A DNA stretch of 64,000 bases from Octopus vulgaris (GCA_951406725.2 OX597823.1:89032001-89096000), one strand, 5' to 3'; positions 38,341 through 51,931 are shown, numbered from the stretch's first letter. Program-made: numbers and translations. The notes: generated by a model from the sequence alone, not told the origin.

Positions 38341-39349
38341 ATATATACGTATATTATGTATATATATTTATATATATATATATATACATTTTATTATATA
38401 TATACACAACTAAATATATATTGTATATATATGCATGTATATATTTGCGTATATGTGTGTATGAGTTGAATTAACTCATGTACACCCACACTAATGCTAC
38501 CTAAAACCTCGGTCAGATTATCTTGACAAGAACTGTATTATTATATTGATTAACACTAAACATTAGCTGTGATACCGCCATATTGTGATTGAACATGCGG
38601 GAGCTTCTGCAATTACAGGGTTTCAAAGCACTAAGAACATTTTCTCAATAGCATTGCCTCATTAACTGTTCCTTTTATCGATCGCAACTCGTTGCAGTCT
38701 TACTGTTTAACCGTGAATATAAGATTTCTTTTTTGGGGGAATATGGCTCAAGGATATAATTTACCGATAATGAAATAATTAAATGCAGAAAAGACATAAA
38801 ACGGAAGAAATACATGCTTTTCTGCTTTTTTTAAAGTTATTTAGTGAAACTTCCTTCCGTATGTTTTCTTCTTTTGCCTTATTTTTTTGTGGTTATTTTT
38901 TGTGCAATTCTTTACATTCTTTTCTTTTAAATTCTTTTGTTTGTGTTAGCTATCACAGCTAGAACTACCTTAGAGTGCAGTCTGTCGTGTACAATTTTTG
39001 TGATATGAAATGAAAAGGTTAAATATTCTGGTTAGTTCAAATTTTTACCTGCCGTTAACTTAATAATATTTATTGTATTTTATTATTGTAGATAATATTT
39101 TTTACTTTACTTTTACTTTTTCATGGACTTGTGTGAGTCATGTGCCTCGGAACTCTAAATCCGTACGCTCACGTCAGATGAGTTGATACTGGGAGGGAGA
39201 GAATGAAAAGGAGAGAGAGAGGGTGATTCAAAATATCGCACTGTTTCTAATGTGTAAAGACTGAATTCAAATTTGAATTTAAAAAACAAAGAAAGCAACT
39301 GAATATATTTCTACCTTAATTCTGATTTAAGATATCCCTTTCTATTATA

Positions 39350-39545
39350 AGCAAAAGGCCTGGGATTAGGGGAAATGTGGCTTGCCGATTACAGAGACCC
39401 AGTGCTTTGCTGATGCTTAGTTCATCGACCTCGAAATTATAAAATGCGAAGTCGATCTCGGTGAAATTTGAACTCAGAAAGTAAACACAGACGAATTGTT
39501 GCTAAACATTTTGAGCGTCGTACTAACGATGCTGCCAGCTGGTCG
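39350..39545 (-). mobile_element. SINE family A
   Basis: gtcgatctcggtgaaatttgaactcagaa...ctaacgatgctgccagct. Confidence 0.75.
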
Positions 39546-39722
39546 TAATGTTCTAATTTAAAATATTCTATATATTTTAACCGACTAGGGTCGGTGTGTT
39601 TCAGCGTTGCAAGCCCTCAGACTCGCAACTCAGCGTGAACTCTCACGTCGCTTCGACGAATGAGGGCTAAGTAAAACATCTGCGTCTTGCTTTTCTGAAT
39701 AACGTGAGCATATTTTGTGCAG

Positions 39723-40132
39723 AGGCGTAGGAGTGGCTGTGTGGTAAGTAGCTTGCTTACCAGCCACATGGTTCCGGGTTCAATCCCACTGCGTGGCACC
39801 TTGGGTAAGTGTCTTCTATTGTAGCTTCGGGCCGACCAAAACCCTGTGAGTGGATTTGGTAGACGGAAACTGAAAGAAGCCTGTCGTATATATGTACATA
39901 TATATATGTATGTGTGTGTGTGTATATGTTTGTGATTCTGTGTTTGTCCCCCCAACATCGCTTGACAACCGATGCCGGTGTGTTTACGTACCCGTAACTT
40001 AGCGGTTCAGCAAAAGAGACCGATATAATAAGTACTAGGCTTACAAAGAATAAGTCCTGGGGTCGACTTGCTCGACTAATGGCGGTACTCCAGCATGGCC
40101 ACAGTCAAATGACTGAAACAAGTAAAAGAGTA
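39723..40132 (+). mobile_element. Full-length SINE family B
   Basis: aggcgtaggagtggctgtgtggtaag (A box), gggttcaatccc (B box), ggcaccttgggtaagtgtc (CORE-like) and tail gactgaaacaagtaaaagag. Confidence 0.92.
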
Positions 40133-41373
40133 GAGAGAGAGAGTCTGTCCCACGATCTCGTTCTTCAAACTCGAACCGTTCAAGATATTAGCTGCCCCTA
40201 TAACCAATGGTAACTCCATAAAAACTCTACATCCTGACACCAGTCTCTCACGCATCCCTACATGTACAAAGTTTCAAAATATGATTTTATTTCTTTTCTG
40301 GAAGGACTGAATTAAAATTTGGAAACAAAAACACATTTCAGTAGAGTCAAACCTAAGTTTTCTTTAAAATATTACTCTGAATGTTTATAATGTAAAAATA
40401 TTAAGAATAATTGTTATTAATTTCTTTTTAATCGAATGAGAATAAAATTATGGAATTGATTGATAACGTCATTAAGGACAAGTAGCTTATTTTGATTAAA
40501 TAATGAGACCAGAGACCAATCCAAATAAATGGATCGCAATTAAAATATAGACTATATATAAATACGAATAACTTTTACTTAGATGACAATACAACAGCAC
40601 TAAAGTACTCTGCAAGATGGTAACTCGTATCATGCTTTGCCTTTAGTTACGGAAATTTCAAACAATGAAAGCATTATGTTACATTGATATTTCGCTATTC
40701 AAATACCGATGCAATAAAAGTAAATTAGATAGAAATTCGTGATTGCGATAAAATTGAGAAAATATACTGGAAAATGATAACTTACATATCATATAAGATA
40801 TATAGTATCTCACGGGAAGATTGGTTTTCATTTTAAATCATCATAGTTGGTATAAGTCTTTTATGATCTGGTCAACAACTATTAAAGTCAATGTAATATA
40901 TTTCCCTCTTTTCGACAAAATGAGGTTTTAAATGCTACACATGAGTATTTTGTGTATCTCATTCATTACTTTCCCTATTTCACATTATCTTACCCTTTTC
41001 GTAATAAATTAGATCCAATTACACACACATACCGAGGATCAGGGTTTAAATACCCAGAAGCCGAAACCTAGTTTGTGGATATCCCTAATTGCATAATATT
41101 TTTATTTGTGCTGTTAAACGTTTTAATCCTTTCTGTTTTCCTCGCATACTGTTTTTCTCTGTTATCTTGGTGCGGTAAGGTGGATGAATTTAAGACTTTG
41201 GCTCTTATTTCTAGCAGGTGGATGCTTGTTAAGCATCCTTATGCTTCGTACAAATTTATAATTCATAGGTATTTAATGCTATTGCACCTGCGATCCACCT
41301 ATGTCACTGCTGGTGATATCATCAATTTAAAAATTTATGCGCAGATGATATGAACAGTAGTTTGAATGTTTTG

Positions 41374-41411
<38 letters not shown>

Positions 41412-41525
41412 TATGTATGTATTATATATACATACATATAAATTCCCGGTTCGTTACTCGAAACTACCATCTTGCGATTAAATAGTCCATGCGCTTTCAC
41501 AAACATACACACAGACACAGACACA

Positions 41526-41562
<37 letters not shown>

Positions 41563-42024
41563 ACACACACACACACGCACACACACATGCACACATAGAC
41601 ATATGAATATATAGGGAGAGACAGACAAATAGACAGCTAGACAAACAGATAGGTAGAAACTACGATATATTGTCCATCGATAAATGTATGAAGGTAGTTA
41701 CGCCATAAGCTATGGTAATCCAGAAAGAACTGTCCAGATAAGGATATTACATGGCTACTTTTGATGTTGGTAATTGCGTACTCTGTATTTTGCTTTCATG
41801 AATCAGAACACAACTTCATCTTATCTATACCAAGCGTACCTTGCATTCCCCTACACACTTTTTAGTAGAGTTTATATTAATGAACTCTTACTCGAGAAAG
41901 CTTGTCAGTGACATCGAAATTTCCTTGTAACGCTTTTCTTTGTAGTTACACACACACAAACACACATACACACATACTTACATACACTCACACATACACA
42001 CATATATGTATGTATATATATATA

Positions 42025-42080
<56 letters not shown>

Positions 42081-42129
42081 TCACTCGGCTGTTAACGAAG
42101 TGTTAAGCAATCTTAAAGGAAAACATCCT

Positions 42130-43275
42130 TTCAACCTTATGATAAAATAATTTATGAGGCCTAACAGATAGTTATTTTATTAGGTCTTGAGAAAAGGGTA
42201 GAAGACCTAACGAGAAATTAGACATTTATGACAATTAAATACCACAAAAGAAACTTTGCCTCAAAATATCGGTTGACTTACTCTACACAGTCGGAGAGAG
42301 GGCTGGTGAGTAAAATCCTGCAAAAAAAAACAAAGACATTAGGAAAGCCTCTCGTATTTCCTGGTGTTATCTCAAAGTATAAACACAACGACTGTGTCAG
42401 AGCATTCTTTACAAAGTTTGATATTGGAGGAACAAGTTCTTCCATATATTTCGAGGAATTTCTTGTATAAGGTACCGGAATATTCTAAACATAGTCATAA
42501 TTATGTACACCAAAAAATTCCTATTATTCAACAAGTTTTTGGCCTGGAGCAAACGGAATTTAGTGCAAAGTTCCTTCGATCTAATGATGGAGGCATTTTA
42601 CAGTGCTGGCCCATACGATATTATAAGTATGTTTATTCTAAATACACTACACGCGGAATTCCCTCAACTATTTTCACCTATACAGAGACGATTCTTTGAT
42701 ATTATTGGAGCCCGATAAGCAGGCACACGCTCAGAAAGGACCGACTTCATGCTATCAATCATACTAAGTTCAAATTTACTATAGAAACTAATTCGAACAC
42801 TGTTAATTTCCTAAGAGTGAAGTTATACTTAGACACATGTTCCTATACACATTTCTGGAAATCATGAGAAGCTGGTCTATATTAATCAGTTTACTACCAT
42901 CAAGCGATAACTTTCAAGAACCTAGTGAAGGCCATTTTCTTTATCAAGATCTTACTTTTATCTGATAGTCCGTAGATCTTTATGTCACAACTGTAACAAA
43001 AAGGAGCTCCAAAATATCTTCCAATAAGATCTTTGACGTTGTGGCCCTTTACTATAACGAGACCCTGGCTTCTTGCGGTTTCTAGAATAGCATCAGTTAT
43101 ATGCACCACCCTATCCCCATTAAGCAAAGGTATAATCATTAGTGCATATAGCTCGCACCCCCACTTTCTAATAATATTAACTGTTGGATAGGTAAGTCAT
43201 TCCTTAGATTAGTAGATTAGCATTTTCCACATACATATGAGTATAAAAAATTTTGAATAGGCACATCGTAAACCC
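42130..43275 (+). mobile_element. Penelope-like element RT relic (frameshifted)
   Basis: FTKFDI..., SFDLMMEAFYSAGPYDIISMFIL..YRDD-like, TNSNTVNFL, and FSNNINCWIGKSFLRLVD*HFP....KILNR. These match PLE RT/thumb motifs (FDVxMG..DGAE, LYRDD, IGK.FL.L..HFP). Confidence 0.7.
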
Positions 43276-44181
43276 TCGAGAACATCATACTTTTAATGGA
43301 GCAGATGGTCAAGGGATACACCGCGTTAGTCTCTGTTGAGTATCAGAGATTTTCTCAAAGAGGGACCGGAATACATCATCTGTATGCTTGGTTCTCCCTT
43401 TAATGGTCACTCCGTGGATTATGACAGTGGCCCTGGCATCTAAATATGGCAGCCCAGGAGGTACACGCAATCTCTGGAAGTAGGGACCCTTCGTTTGATT
43501 TATATTGGTATTTTGGTGCTTGACTGAAGATGGTGGTTGGGAGTTAGTTAAAAGCATATTTTTGGAAAAATCGTAACTTTTAATTAAATAATACAATGGT
43601 ACTGTAGATCGTTGAACATCCTGTGACATTAACCAAACGATGCCAGTGGCATTGCATGGTATTTCATATTCTATAATTTAGTAAACCGAACTTACCGAAA
43701 ACAAAACAAAAAATATTAAATCAGAAATTAAACAGCTTACAACGGTCTAGACACTTGGATCTGAAGTTTACACAGCATTAATAAATTAATTTATTTAATG
43801 AATGCGAAATCGAGACAAACATACAGACGGACAGACACACAGAAGCTAAGGCAGCCGCTTCCGGATTCATTTGTTAATCGTTATACATAATTGAAAATAA
43901 ACAAAATCAATTGAGGAAAAGAATAGCTGTTATCAAGATCATAATATTAAGATATGGATATAGGAAACGGAAAATATTTTTCATTTACTTAGATTTTTGA
44001 ATTTGATTTAAAAATCTGAAATCTCTTGATTTTCTCCTGGATATTTCCTTTTGAATGTATGTGGATTTTAATAATGCCAAGCATTGTTCTCTTAAACGCA
44101 TGTGTGCATCCGCATATATAAATACAATTACGAACATAAAAGACTAGCAAACATAAGTTATGCATTAAGACAAATCGATCA

Positions 44182-44335
<154 letters not shown>

Positions 44336-44349
44336 TAATTATACTATTT

Positions 44350-44770
44350 CCGATGCATCCACAACATAGTCTATAGATTTATATGCATGCTCGTTTCCTG
44401 GTAAAAAATTTCTCAAGTCTTTCATTGAAATTATTCCCATTAACGTTCTTTGGTGCCATGATTTCTCTTTTGCACAACCAAGCAGCATCTGTGTAATTTG
44501 AATTTATACTTGGAAAAAAACGTTTTCAATAAGTTCCTTAACCGAGCTGACCAAGGTGCAGATTTTTGATGGATTCAAGTCACCTTCATTGTTCTATCCC
44601 ACTGATTGTCATCTTCTAACGAATTTAAGGCTAAGCAGGTTTCTCCGTCAATACGAACATTTTGACCATCAGTCGTTCTTAGGAAGGAGAGGAAGACAGT
44701 CCTCTTATTTCATGAAGCAGCCTCAAAAAGAAACATTCGTAGTGACTTCGATTAGCAGAGTAAACTCTTC
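44350..44770 (-). mobile_element. Possible highly decayed mariner fragment
   Basis: Minus strand gives SLEDD....R and VKELIEN, like the mariner HTH linker. Weak. Confidence 0.3.
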
Positions 44771-44860
44771 CGATTTTCGAGTGAAATAATTTTATACTTG
44801 GATGATCCTTGCCAGCTCCTCTTTTTAGAGATAATTACAGTTACACACACACGCATACAC

Positions 44861-44892
<32 letters not shown>

Positions 44893-45319
44893 CCACACAC
44901 CCACACACCCACACACACACACACACACACACACAACATACACACAACGATACACTTGTTATGATGTGTGTCGTTATATTAAACATATGGCATACCTACA
45001 CAAAAATATCCCACCGAATTTGTTTCTTCCTATGTTTAAGGTTAATGGGTATTTTCAAATGAAAATTTGTACAAATATGCTGAAGAGAGATAGGAAACTT
45101 ACAGCTGACCTCATAAATTTTGATGTGGAATATGTGAAACAAAGGAAAAATGTTGGAGTGAAATCTATGTTACGGTTTCTATCCTGAAGGTATGAGAAGA
45201 ATAAAACAAAAGTGATTTTCTACGGTTTCTATTGAGAAGGTAGGCAGAGAAAAAAAATAAAACTGATCTTCTACAGATATAAATATAGAACGAATGTAAA
45301 ATAATACTTATTAAGTAAT

Positions 45320-45500
45320 ATGTCAGATGCAATTTACAGATGGACTGAGAACAATAATGTGAAGTCTAATGCTGGGAAATTCCAAACCTTGCGCTAGCAG
45401 CATCCAAAACTGGACGAAAAACTTACAGGGTACACTGGCCAAGTGGGGATTACAATCTCAGAACCTAAATCAGCGCGTGACCTGGGTCTCAACTTGAGTG
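45320..45500 (+). mobile_element. CR1/L2-type LINE RT fragment
   Basis: DAIYRWTENNNVKSNAGKFQTL...ISEPKSARDLGLNL, matching W...N...N..K and RDLG motifs. Confidence 0.75.
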
Positions 45501-47369
45501 TCGTACTCAAACGTGAGTACGAGTTCAAGAGTGTTAGAGTATCTGCGTGTCAGTCAGTGATGTACATGCGAAATTAAAACAGTTGAAGAAAGGCCAGAAA
45601 TAGGAACGTCGGTTTATGCAGCGACGAATTTAGTTTGGGATAAGTGTGAGAGACAGGTGCTATAAACATTGAAGCTTGTGCTGCCGCTGACTTGGAAGAA
45701 AGTGTGATAGATGACTGTGAATTTGGTCGAATCTGTTCGGAGCAGTTAGTGAAAGGGGTTAGAGAGGGAGGCTTCGAAACAGAATAACTGGAAGATTTTG
45801 TCGTTCAAACCCATAGGCGAGTGTTAGAGACAGGGTAATGAACACCTGCTCAGAAACCACCTTTCAGAGCGAGATTGATTAAAATATGTTACCTGGACAT
45901 TGGAGATGGATTAATTGATAAGAGTGAGACAAAGATATTTGTATTTCTAAGGGGAATAGGTTGTGTGATATGCCTCCCGGTAACAGCTGGTCAGGCTAAT
46001 GCTGAGGAGAAAGGAATATTCAGGGCTTTTACTATTAAATTTTGACATGTGCCGTGAGGTTACGATAAACCCCTGTCAAAAGCCTTGCACTAGAATTCTT
46101 ACAAGTCGGCAAACCCCGATAAAGCTATTTACGATCGATGTGGAGGGATTAAAGAGGGCAACGTGATGTACAAATCAAACAAATTTGTTTTATATTTGTT
46201 TATTTTTTCTAGGTCTCTGATCACATGAAAATCTTACTGAAAGGGCAATAATCTAGACTGATAAATTAGCATTGGAAATAAAGTATAGGGAAACATATTT
46301 AGTTTGGGATCTAACAGTGAAAACAGTGAGACAAAAGGGAAACAGAAGGGTTTTTCCATTAAGTCTGCCTCAAATTACGTCTCGAAGTAGATCGGCTTCT
46401 ACTATCGATCTCCGAACTCGTTCAGGCATCAAGTTTATTTCAGTCAATAGCGTACTCAGAAATACAGAGAAGGAATAAAGGCCATCAGATATATAAATCA
46501 CACAAGAATCACAGAAAGATAAAACAGTGCACTTAGAAGCCAATAATTGATGGTGATTGAATCTTTTCCAGTCTGTTGAGTATATTTATATTAGATACGG
46601 TTTTGGACGTTTGTGAGTGGATCAACAAACAACATTCTATGCATGATCACCATTGTGCAGTGTATGTTTTACTTGAAATTTTTACAGAGTCAACAGTTGT
46701 AAGCTGTAAGAGATATATTTGTCTTTTTCAGAGAGTTGGTAATTTCATTTATGTCAGATGGCCAAGACAGCCTACAAGAGAATATGTAAGCAAGCATTTA
46801 CAACATCAGTCGACGAGAAATTAAGAGGAATAAGCGTGTCTAACATCACGTAAATGTAGTGTGTTAATAAGTGAATATTTGCCAGTTAACGCGTTATTTT
46901 GTTTGCTGGTTTTAAATGCGAAAATAATCGTTTGGAAATGGGAGATTTAGAAGTAGTTGCGTGGTTAAGTGTTTTTAACTCTTTGTTCTTCAAACATAGT
47001 AGATGTCGAGAAATGCAGCTTTTATTAATATTTAATTTTTTGTTGTGTGTGAATGTGTGTGTGTTTCATATATGTGCAGTGACTGGAAATTAACGCTTTC
47101 GTAAAATATAGGTTATTTTGTCTTTAGAATATTGTCTGTCCCTTTATCCATAACAGAGAAAATCTAACATAGGGGGGGAGCCCTACATTTTTGATGGATG
47201 CTTCCTGGGAGAGCAAAGGTTGAGTAGAAAGGAGTAGTGGCATTCATTGTGCTTAAAAATACGCAGAGATACTTTTGGACGAATGGACATTATTAGTAGT
47301 AAGGGTATGGAGTTGAGAATGAGAGTGATGTGTATCTCATAGTATACTATAAGAAACAAAGCGTGTAGG

Positions 47370-47410
<41 letters not shown>

Positions 47411-47413
<3 letters not shown>

Positions 47414-48410
47414 AGTTAAACGGAGGTGGTATTCAAATCCTTTTACTTATGTCACATGTTTCGAAGATATCACTGGTATTATTTCAAAGGAACAAAATGA
47501 TGTAGAACAATGTAAGCTTCTCTTCATGGAAATGGAGAAATGAAACTCGTCAATAAGATATGTTAACACAGAATATGATGGATATGTATAGTGATTAACT
47601 GAACGCTTTTAAGTTTGTTTTAAAGAAACGTTAGAGGATATAACGTCAAAGGTAGCCTATAGAAAGAGGAAGGGTAAAGGAAAGAAAAAAAACAAATAAA
47701 GGAGAAGTATAAAACGATATATAAATTTTAAAAAACCCTAGACTTGGAAAAAGATATATCTAGTGAATGTGAAATGTAAAAAGAAAATTAATGTTTAAAT
47801 TATATATAATGATAGATATTACTTATATGAACTATAACCGTGTTTAGAAGCGTATTTTTAGAGAAAATAATTTTAAAAATAGTTCAGAATTACAAAGAAG
47901 AGAGAATTCTTTGCCTTTATCATAAGGTATCGACATTGAGAGAATCAACCAATCCAAATTAAATTGTTTATTATAGTCTTTTAGATGCCTGAACTGTTAT
48001 GTTTATTCCTATTCCTAAATGTAGAGTAATGATTAGAAATTCTTTTAGATTACTGAGATGAGCTGCCTATATAAAAAAATACTTCTTTACCAAAAGTAAT
48101 TTTACACTGGTATATAGAATTTTTAATTTTAGAGTTATTTGACATAAACTTGATTCTGTTGAAATTTACTTCAGATACAATAACCTTTGTTATTGATATT
48201 TCTAGGGGGATGGATGGTATTAGCTAAATTAATGTTAGTATTAGTAAATGTATCCTTATTTAACAGGCAAATATTAAGTGAGGAGATACTTTTTGTGTTG
48301 GAAAAACCAATCCTAACCGTGTGTGAGTTGATAATAGAGTGATACCTGGAATTCTTTGGAAAATTTCTTACAATAGCTTCACGAAACAGCATATATTTAT
48401 ATATATTATA
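47411..48410 (-). mobile_element. Penelope-like element relic: linker, GIY-YIG and 3' pLTR region
   Basis: FPKNSRYHSIINSHTVRIGFS, NSIYQCKITFGKEVFFYIGSSS..RISNHYSTFRN and FCNSE. The 3' region holds a hammerhead-like motif and ends at (TA)n 47373-47410. Confidence 0.75.
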
Positions 48411-49825
48411 CAAAATATTTAACGTAAACCCGGAGTTTCTACCTTTAAAAACAACGAGTTACACCCTTTTTACTTATGTGATTTTTTTACTATCCTGGTA
48501 GCTATTTATCTATTTTTCCGTGTTAATTGTTAACAATTGAAACATGCACACATCTATTTATATATATATATATATAAATTATATATATATATATATACAC
48601 ATTCAGACAATTATATGTGTGTGTGCATATATGTGTGTAGGGTGTATAAAGACACTAGTTACAAATAGTTTCTTGCATTGGAGATGCGTGTCTAGGCAGG
48701 ATATTATATCACGCGTCGTGTCTCCATGTAATTCCAGGCTCTGTGCAAATGCTCTATTCAATTTACGAATCAGTACTCTGCTACAAGAGAAATCACGAGG
48801 TAAAACAAGAAGGTAAGTGCAAAAGTGGAAGGGTATATGAAACGGAAAAAGAAAACAACAGAAAATTAGAGTATGTCCCTTTTGAATTTGAGCTAGTTTT
48901 TGTAAGAGTAATTCAACGGAAAGAGGTCCAAAGTCTGCAAAACAGCTGTTGAATCCAGCAGACGTCCTCTAGTTCTTGCCACCTTTCCTATGCCTGTCTC
49001 CAATGCAATAAAATATTTGTAGTTCGTGTATTGTAAATGATATTTATCTCCCACTGGATGGATTACATTTTTCTTCATACCTTAACGGAAGAGTAAACAA
49101 TAAATATATTAGCTTTATCGGGGCGCTACGATTGTTGGGATAGTAAAGTGTTAAATATGGGATGATAGGTTTTACACTGAACCCAAATACGCAGCGCATT
49201 CCCTAGCCTACTCCTTCCCGGTGTTCATTTTGAAAACGCCACCATATGAAAATTGCAGTTTATATGATAGTGTTCACCTTTATAGATGCAGTGCGACTGG
49301 GTATGAATTATACGCGGTCGAGTTCTGCGTTCGCCGAAGGAAAAAAAAACATGAAGTAGAATTGTGCTCATTCCCTCAGGTTTGTTTTAGATGAAATTTA
49401 TAAATGTAGAACTCGTAGAGTTATCACTTATTTGTAACTTCGATGTTCAAGAATATCTAGTGATATGTTGCCGTGTTTTATAATGGTATACAATGGATTT
49501 CTTTGATTAGATAGTTGTCAGGCTGGTCATGACAGAGAATGTGATGACAGAGAATGTGATGTCTGATAAATATTTTATTTACAGATAAGAACACCGTTTC
49601 GAATGCTGGTGGATCAGTGAGTTATTTCACTGCGAACTATCCGAGTTATTCCGAACGCGTTTCTTTCTTCACATTTTGAAACTTGAGCAACGAATATCAC
49701 GTGGGGTAAATCATTCGAGAGTGTCATAACGCCCACAAGAAAAAGGTATGAAATATTCCTTACTAAACAGATCCTGTCGAAGTAAATATCGTTCTATACA
49801 TAGTAAGACCTCCGCTGTAAATTGA

Positions 49826-49896
49826 AAGCTTGATATATTGCTTTATATATTAAAATTTGATTCCGACATTACAACCAAATGAACATACATTCTAAT

Positions 49897-49900
<4 letters not shown>
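49826..49900 (+). repeat. Left arm of a ~75-bp inverted repeat (partner 51658-51732)
   Basis: aagcttgatatattgctttatatattaaaatttgattccgacattacaaccaaatgaacatacattctaattaaa aligns without gaps to the reverse complement of 51658-51732, with few mismatches. Confidence 0.85.
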
Positions 49901-49947
<47 letters not shown>

Positions 49948-50041
49948 GTTTAAATATTTGTTGTGCAAGATTTTTTATGTGAAGTCGTGTGTTGAAACAG
50001 ATATTATTATATTTCGGAATGGTCATATTGCCAGTTTAGCC

Positions 50042-50926
50042 TCAAAATACCTGATCCACCGGAACTCAGCCATTGCGGGCAATGCCAAATTCAATATTTT
50101 GATGGCAGACCTCGTCAGAATAGTGAGAAATGTGTCACGCATGTGCGAGCCTACAGAATTAAAGAGACACATACAGTATTTCATTCACCGCATGCAGTTC
50201 TCAGGTTACAGCCATAAAGAAAGGATCAGAGTATACAAAGGAGCCATGAAGAAATTTGATAATATATTATGTAATGATAGGAATGGGATTTGCCCACTCT
50301 ATAGGAACAAGTCATGGAACACTATAGAAAGGACAAAAATGAAAATAGGGAAGGCCAACTCTTGGTATGATAGCCATAAATACCAGAGTGTCATGTTCGT
50401 TGACACCACCCCTGGAGGTGAACTGGCGTACCGCTTTAGAAGGACCCTAGATAAGCTTAAACTAAGAATTAAGGTTGTTGAAAAGCCAGGCAACCCTATC
50501 AGATCTATAATTGATAGAACCTATCCTTTTAGTAGAACCCTCTGTACGGATAACTATTGCACTGTATGTAGATTTAGCCCACAAACAAACTGTAAAGCCA
50601 GAAATGTGGTCTATAGTATAAGATGTATAGAGGGACGATGCAGTAACAAGACAGTAACATACGTAGGGGAAACAGCAAGAAGCATTGGAGAGCGGGTGAA
50701 TGAACATTGGAGACAACTCAAGGAAGGTAAGAGCTCATCGATTCTGTACCAACACGCCGAACAGGAACACGGGGGATCAATCAATAACATAGAGATTAAG
50801 ATATTGTCCACACATAGAACAGATGCAACAATTAGACAAATTACAGAAGCTACACATATAATAGAAAATAAACCTAGCCTGAATAGAAAACTAGAATGGA
50901 GCAATAGCACACACCACAACATATGA
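50042..50926 (+). pseudogene. PLE ORF fragment: RT thumb, linker and GIY-YIG endonuclease
   Basis: [46 protein letters not shown]...C...[17 protein letters not shown]...H....H, RQITEA..I....PSLNRK. Confidence 0.9.
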
Positions 50927-51064
50927 CGATAGTGGATCCTGCAAACATAATAAATACACAGATAATTAAAGAAATAGAAATGAATAACTATATATATGTA
51001 TATGTATCTATGTATGTATATGTGAATATATATATATATATGTATATGTGTATATATGTGTGTA

Positions 51065-51111
<47 letters not shown>

Positions 51112-51440
51112 CTTTTTTTTCTTTTTCGATTAGATTTATTATTATTATTACTAATATTGTTGTTATACATACATACAAGCATATGTAATGATAATAATGG
51201 GTGGATGTAAACACATGAACAAAATTAGAACAAAAGCAACAACAACAAAAACAAAATACAAATTACAAGAATGTATATAAACAGAAGATACAAATATTAC
51301 AGGCATCCCCCACACACACACACTAAATAAACATAGACGCACATAGAGATATAAGCATGCGCAAATGAAGACATACAATAGAAATACAAAATGGCTGACG
51401 GTTAGTAAGGAGAGACACAAATAAGTGAGAAGAAAACAAA

Positions 51441-51485
51441 GGACCACTGATGCGGTCACAGGAGTGTGACGAAAGAACTTTGGCC
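51441..51485 (+). ncRNA. Minimal hammerhead-like motif in the PLE 3' region
   Basis: cca-CTGATGCG-GTCACA ggag TGTGAC-GAAA-GAAC-TT-tgg. Perfect 6-bp stem II and a CCA/TGG stem I, but the core reads CTGATGC rather than CTGATGA. Confidence 0.5.
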
Positions 51486-51599
51486 GAAATAAGATTAAGA
51501 TTAATGTAAAAAATAAATATCACTGAAGCAAAATAACACCAAATATATAGTGCGTATGTTTTTATTGGCTAAACTGGCAATATGACCATTCCGAAATAT

Positions 51600-51657
<58 letters not shown>

Positions 51658-51661
<4 letters not shown>

Positions 51662-51732
51662 ATTAGATTGTATGTCCATTTGGTGGTAATGTCGAAATCA
51701 AATCTTAATATATAAATCAATATACCAAGTTT
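51658..51732 (-). repeat. Right arm of the ~75-bp inverted repeat
   Basis: Reverse complement of 49826-49900 with few mismatches. Confidence 0.85.
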
Positions 51733-51779
51733 ATATCAATTATATCAATTTATATCAATATATACATATATATATTGCG

Positions 51780-51931
51780 GACATCCCCTTCAGTCACGAA
51801 TGACCATGGGGTTGCACCTATAAGGTTACTCTCCGAGGCACAAGTACGGGCAAGATTGTTTATAGAAGACCATGCATAGCAGCCTCCCCTCTCCACGCCA
51901 GCGATGTCATCCAAGGGAAAGGCAAAGGCCG

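Larger units (their letters stand above)
50007..51601 (+). mobile_element. 5'-truncated Penelope-like element with an inverted copy of its 3' end
   Basis: Uninterrupted PLE ORF C-terminus, a perfect 35-bp inverted repeat at 50007-50041 / 51567-51601, and (TA)n tracts on both sides. Confidence 0.9.

Noticed and set aside
43309-43629. 106-aa minus-strand ORF, vaguely LINE ORF1-like (RATVIIHGV..TDD)
   Set aside because: Similarity too weak, and no splice or domain support; needs an HMM search.
45530-46900. Possible old LINE on the minus strand (KAFDR)
   Set aside because: Isolated motif; the expected neighbouring RT motifs were not found.
49958-50041. N-terminus of the 322-aa ORF as a true gene start or domesticated nuclease
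   Set aside because: It starts at TTG and reads through filler and the inverted 3'-end copy. PLE homology begins only near 50042.
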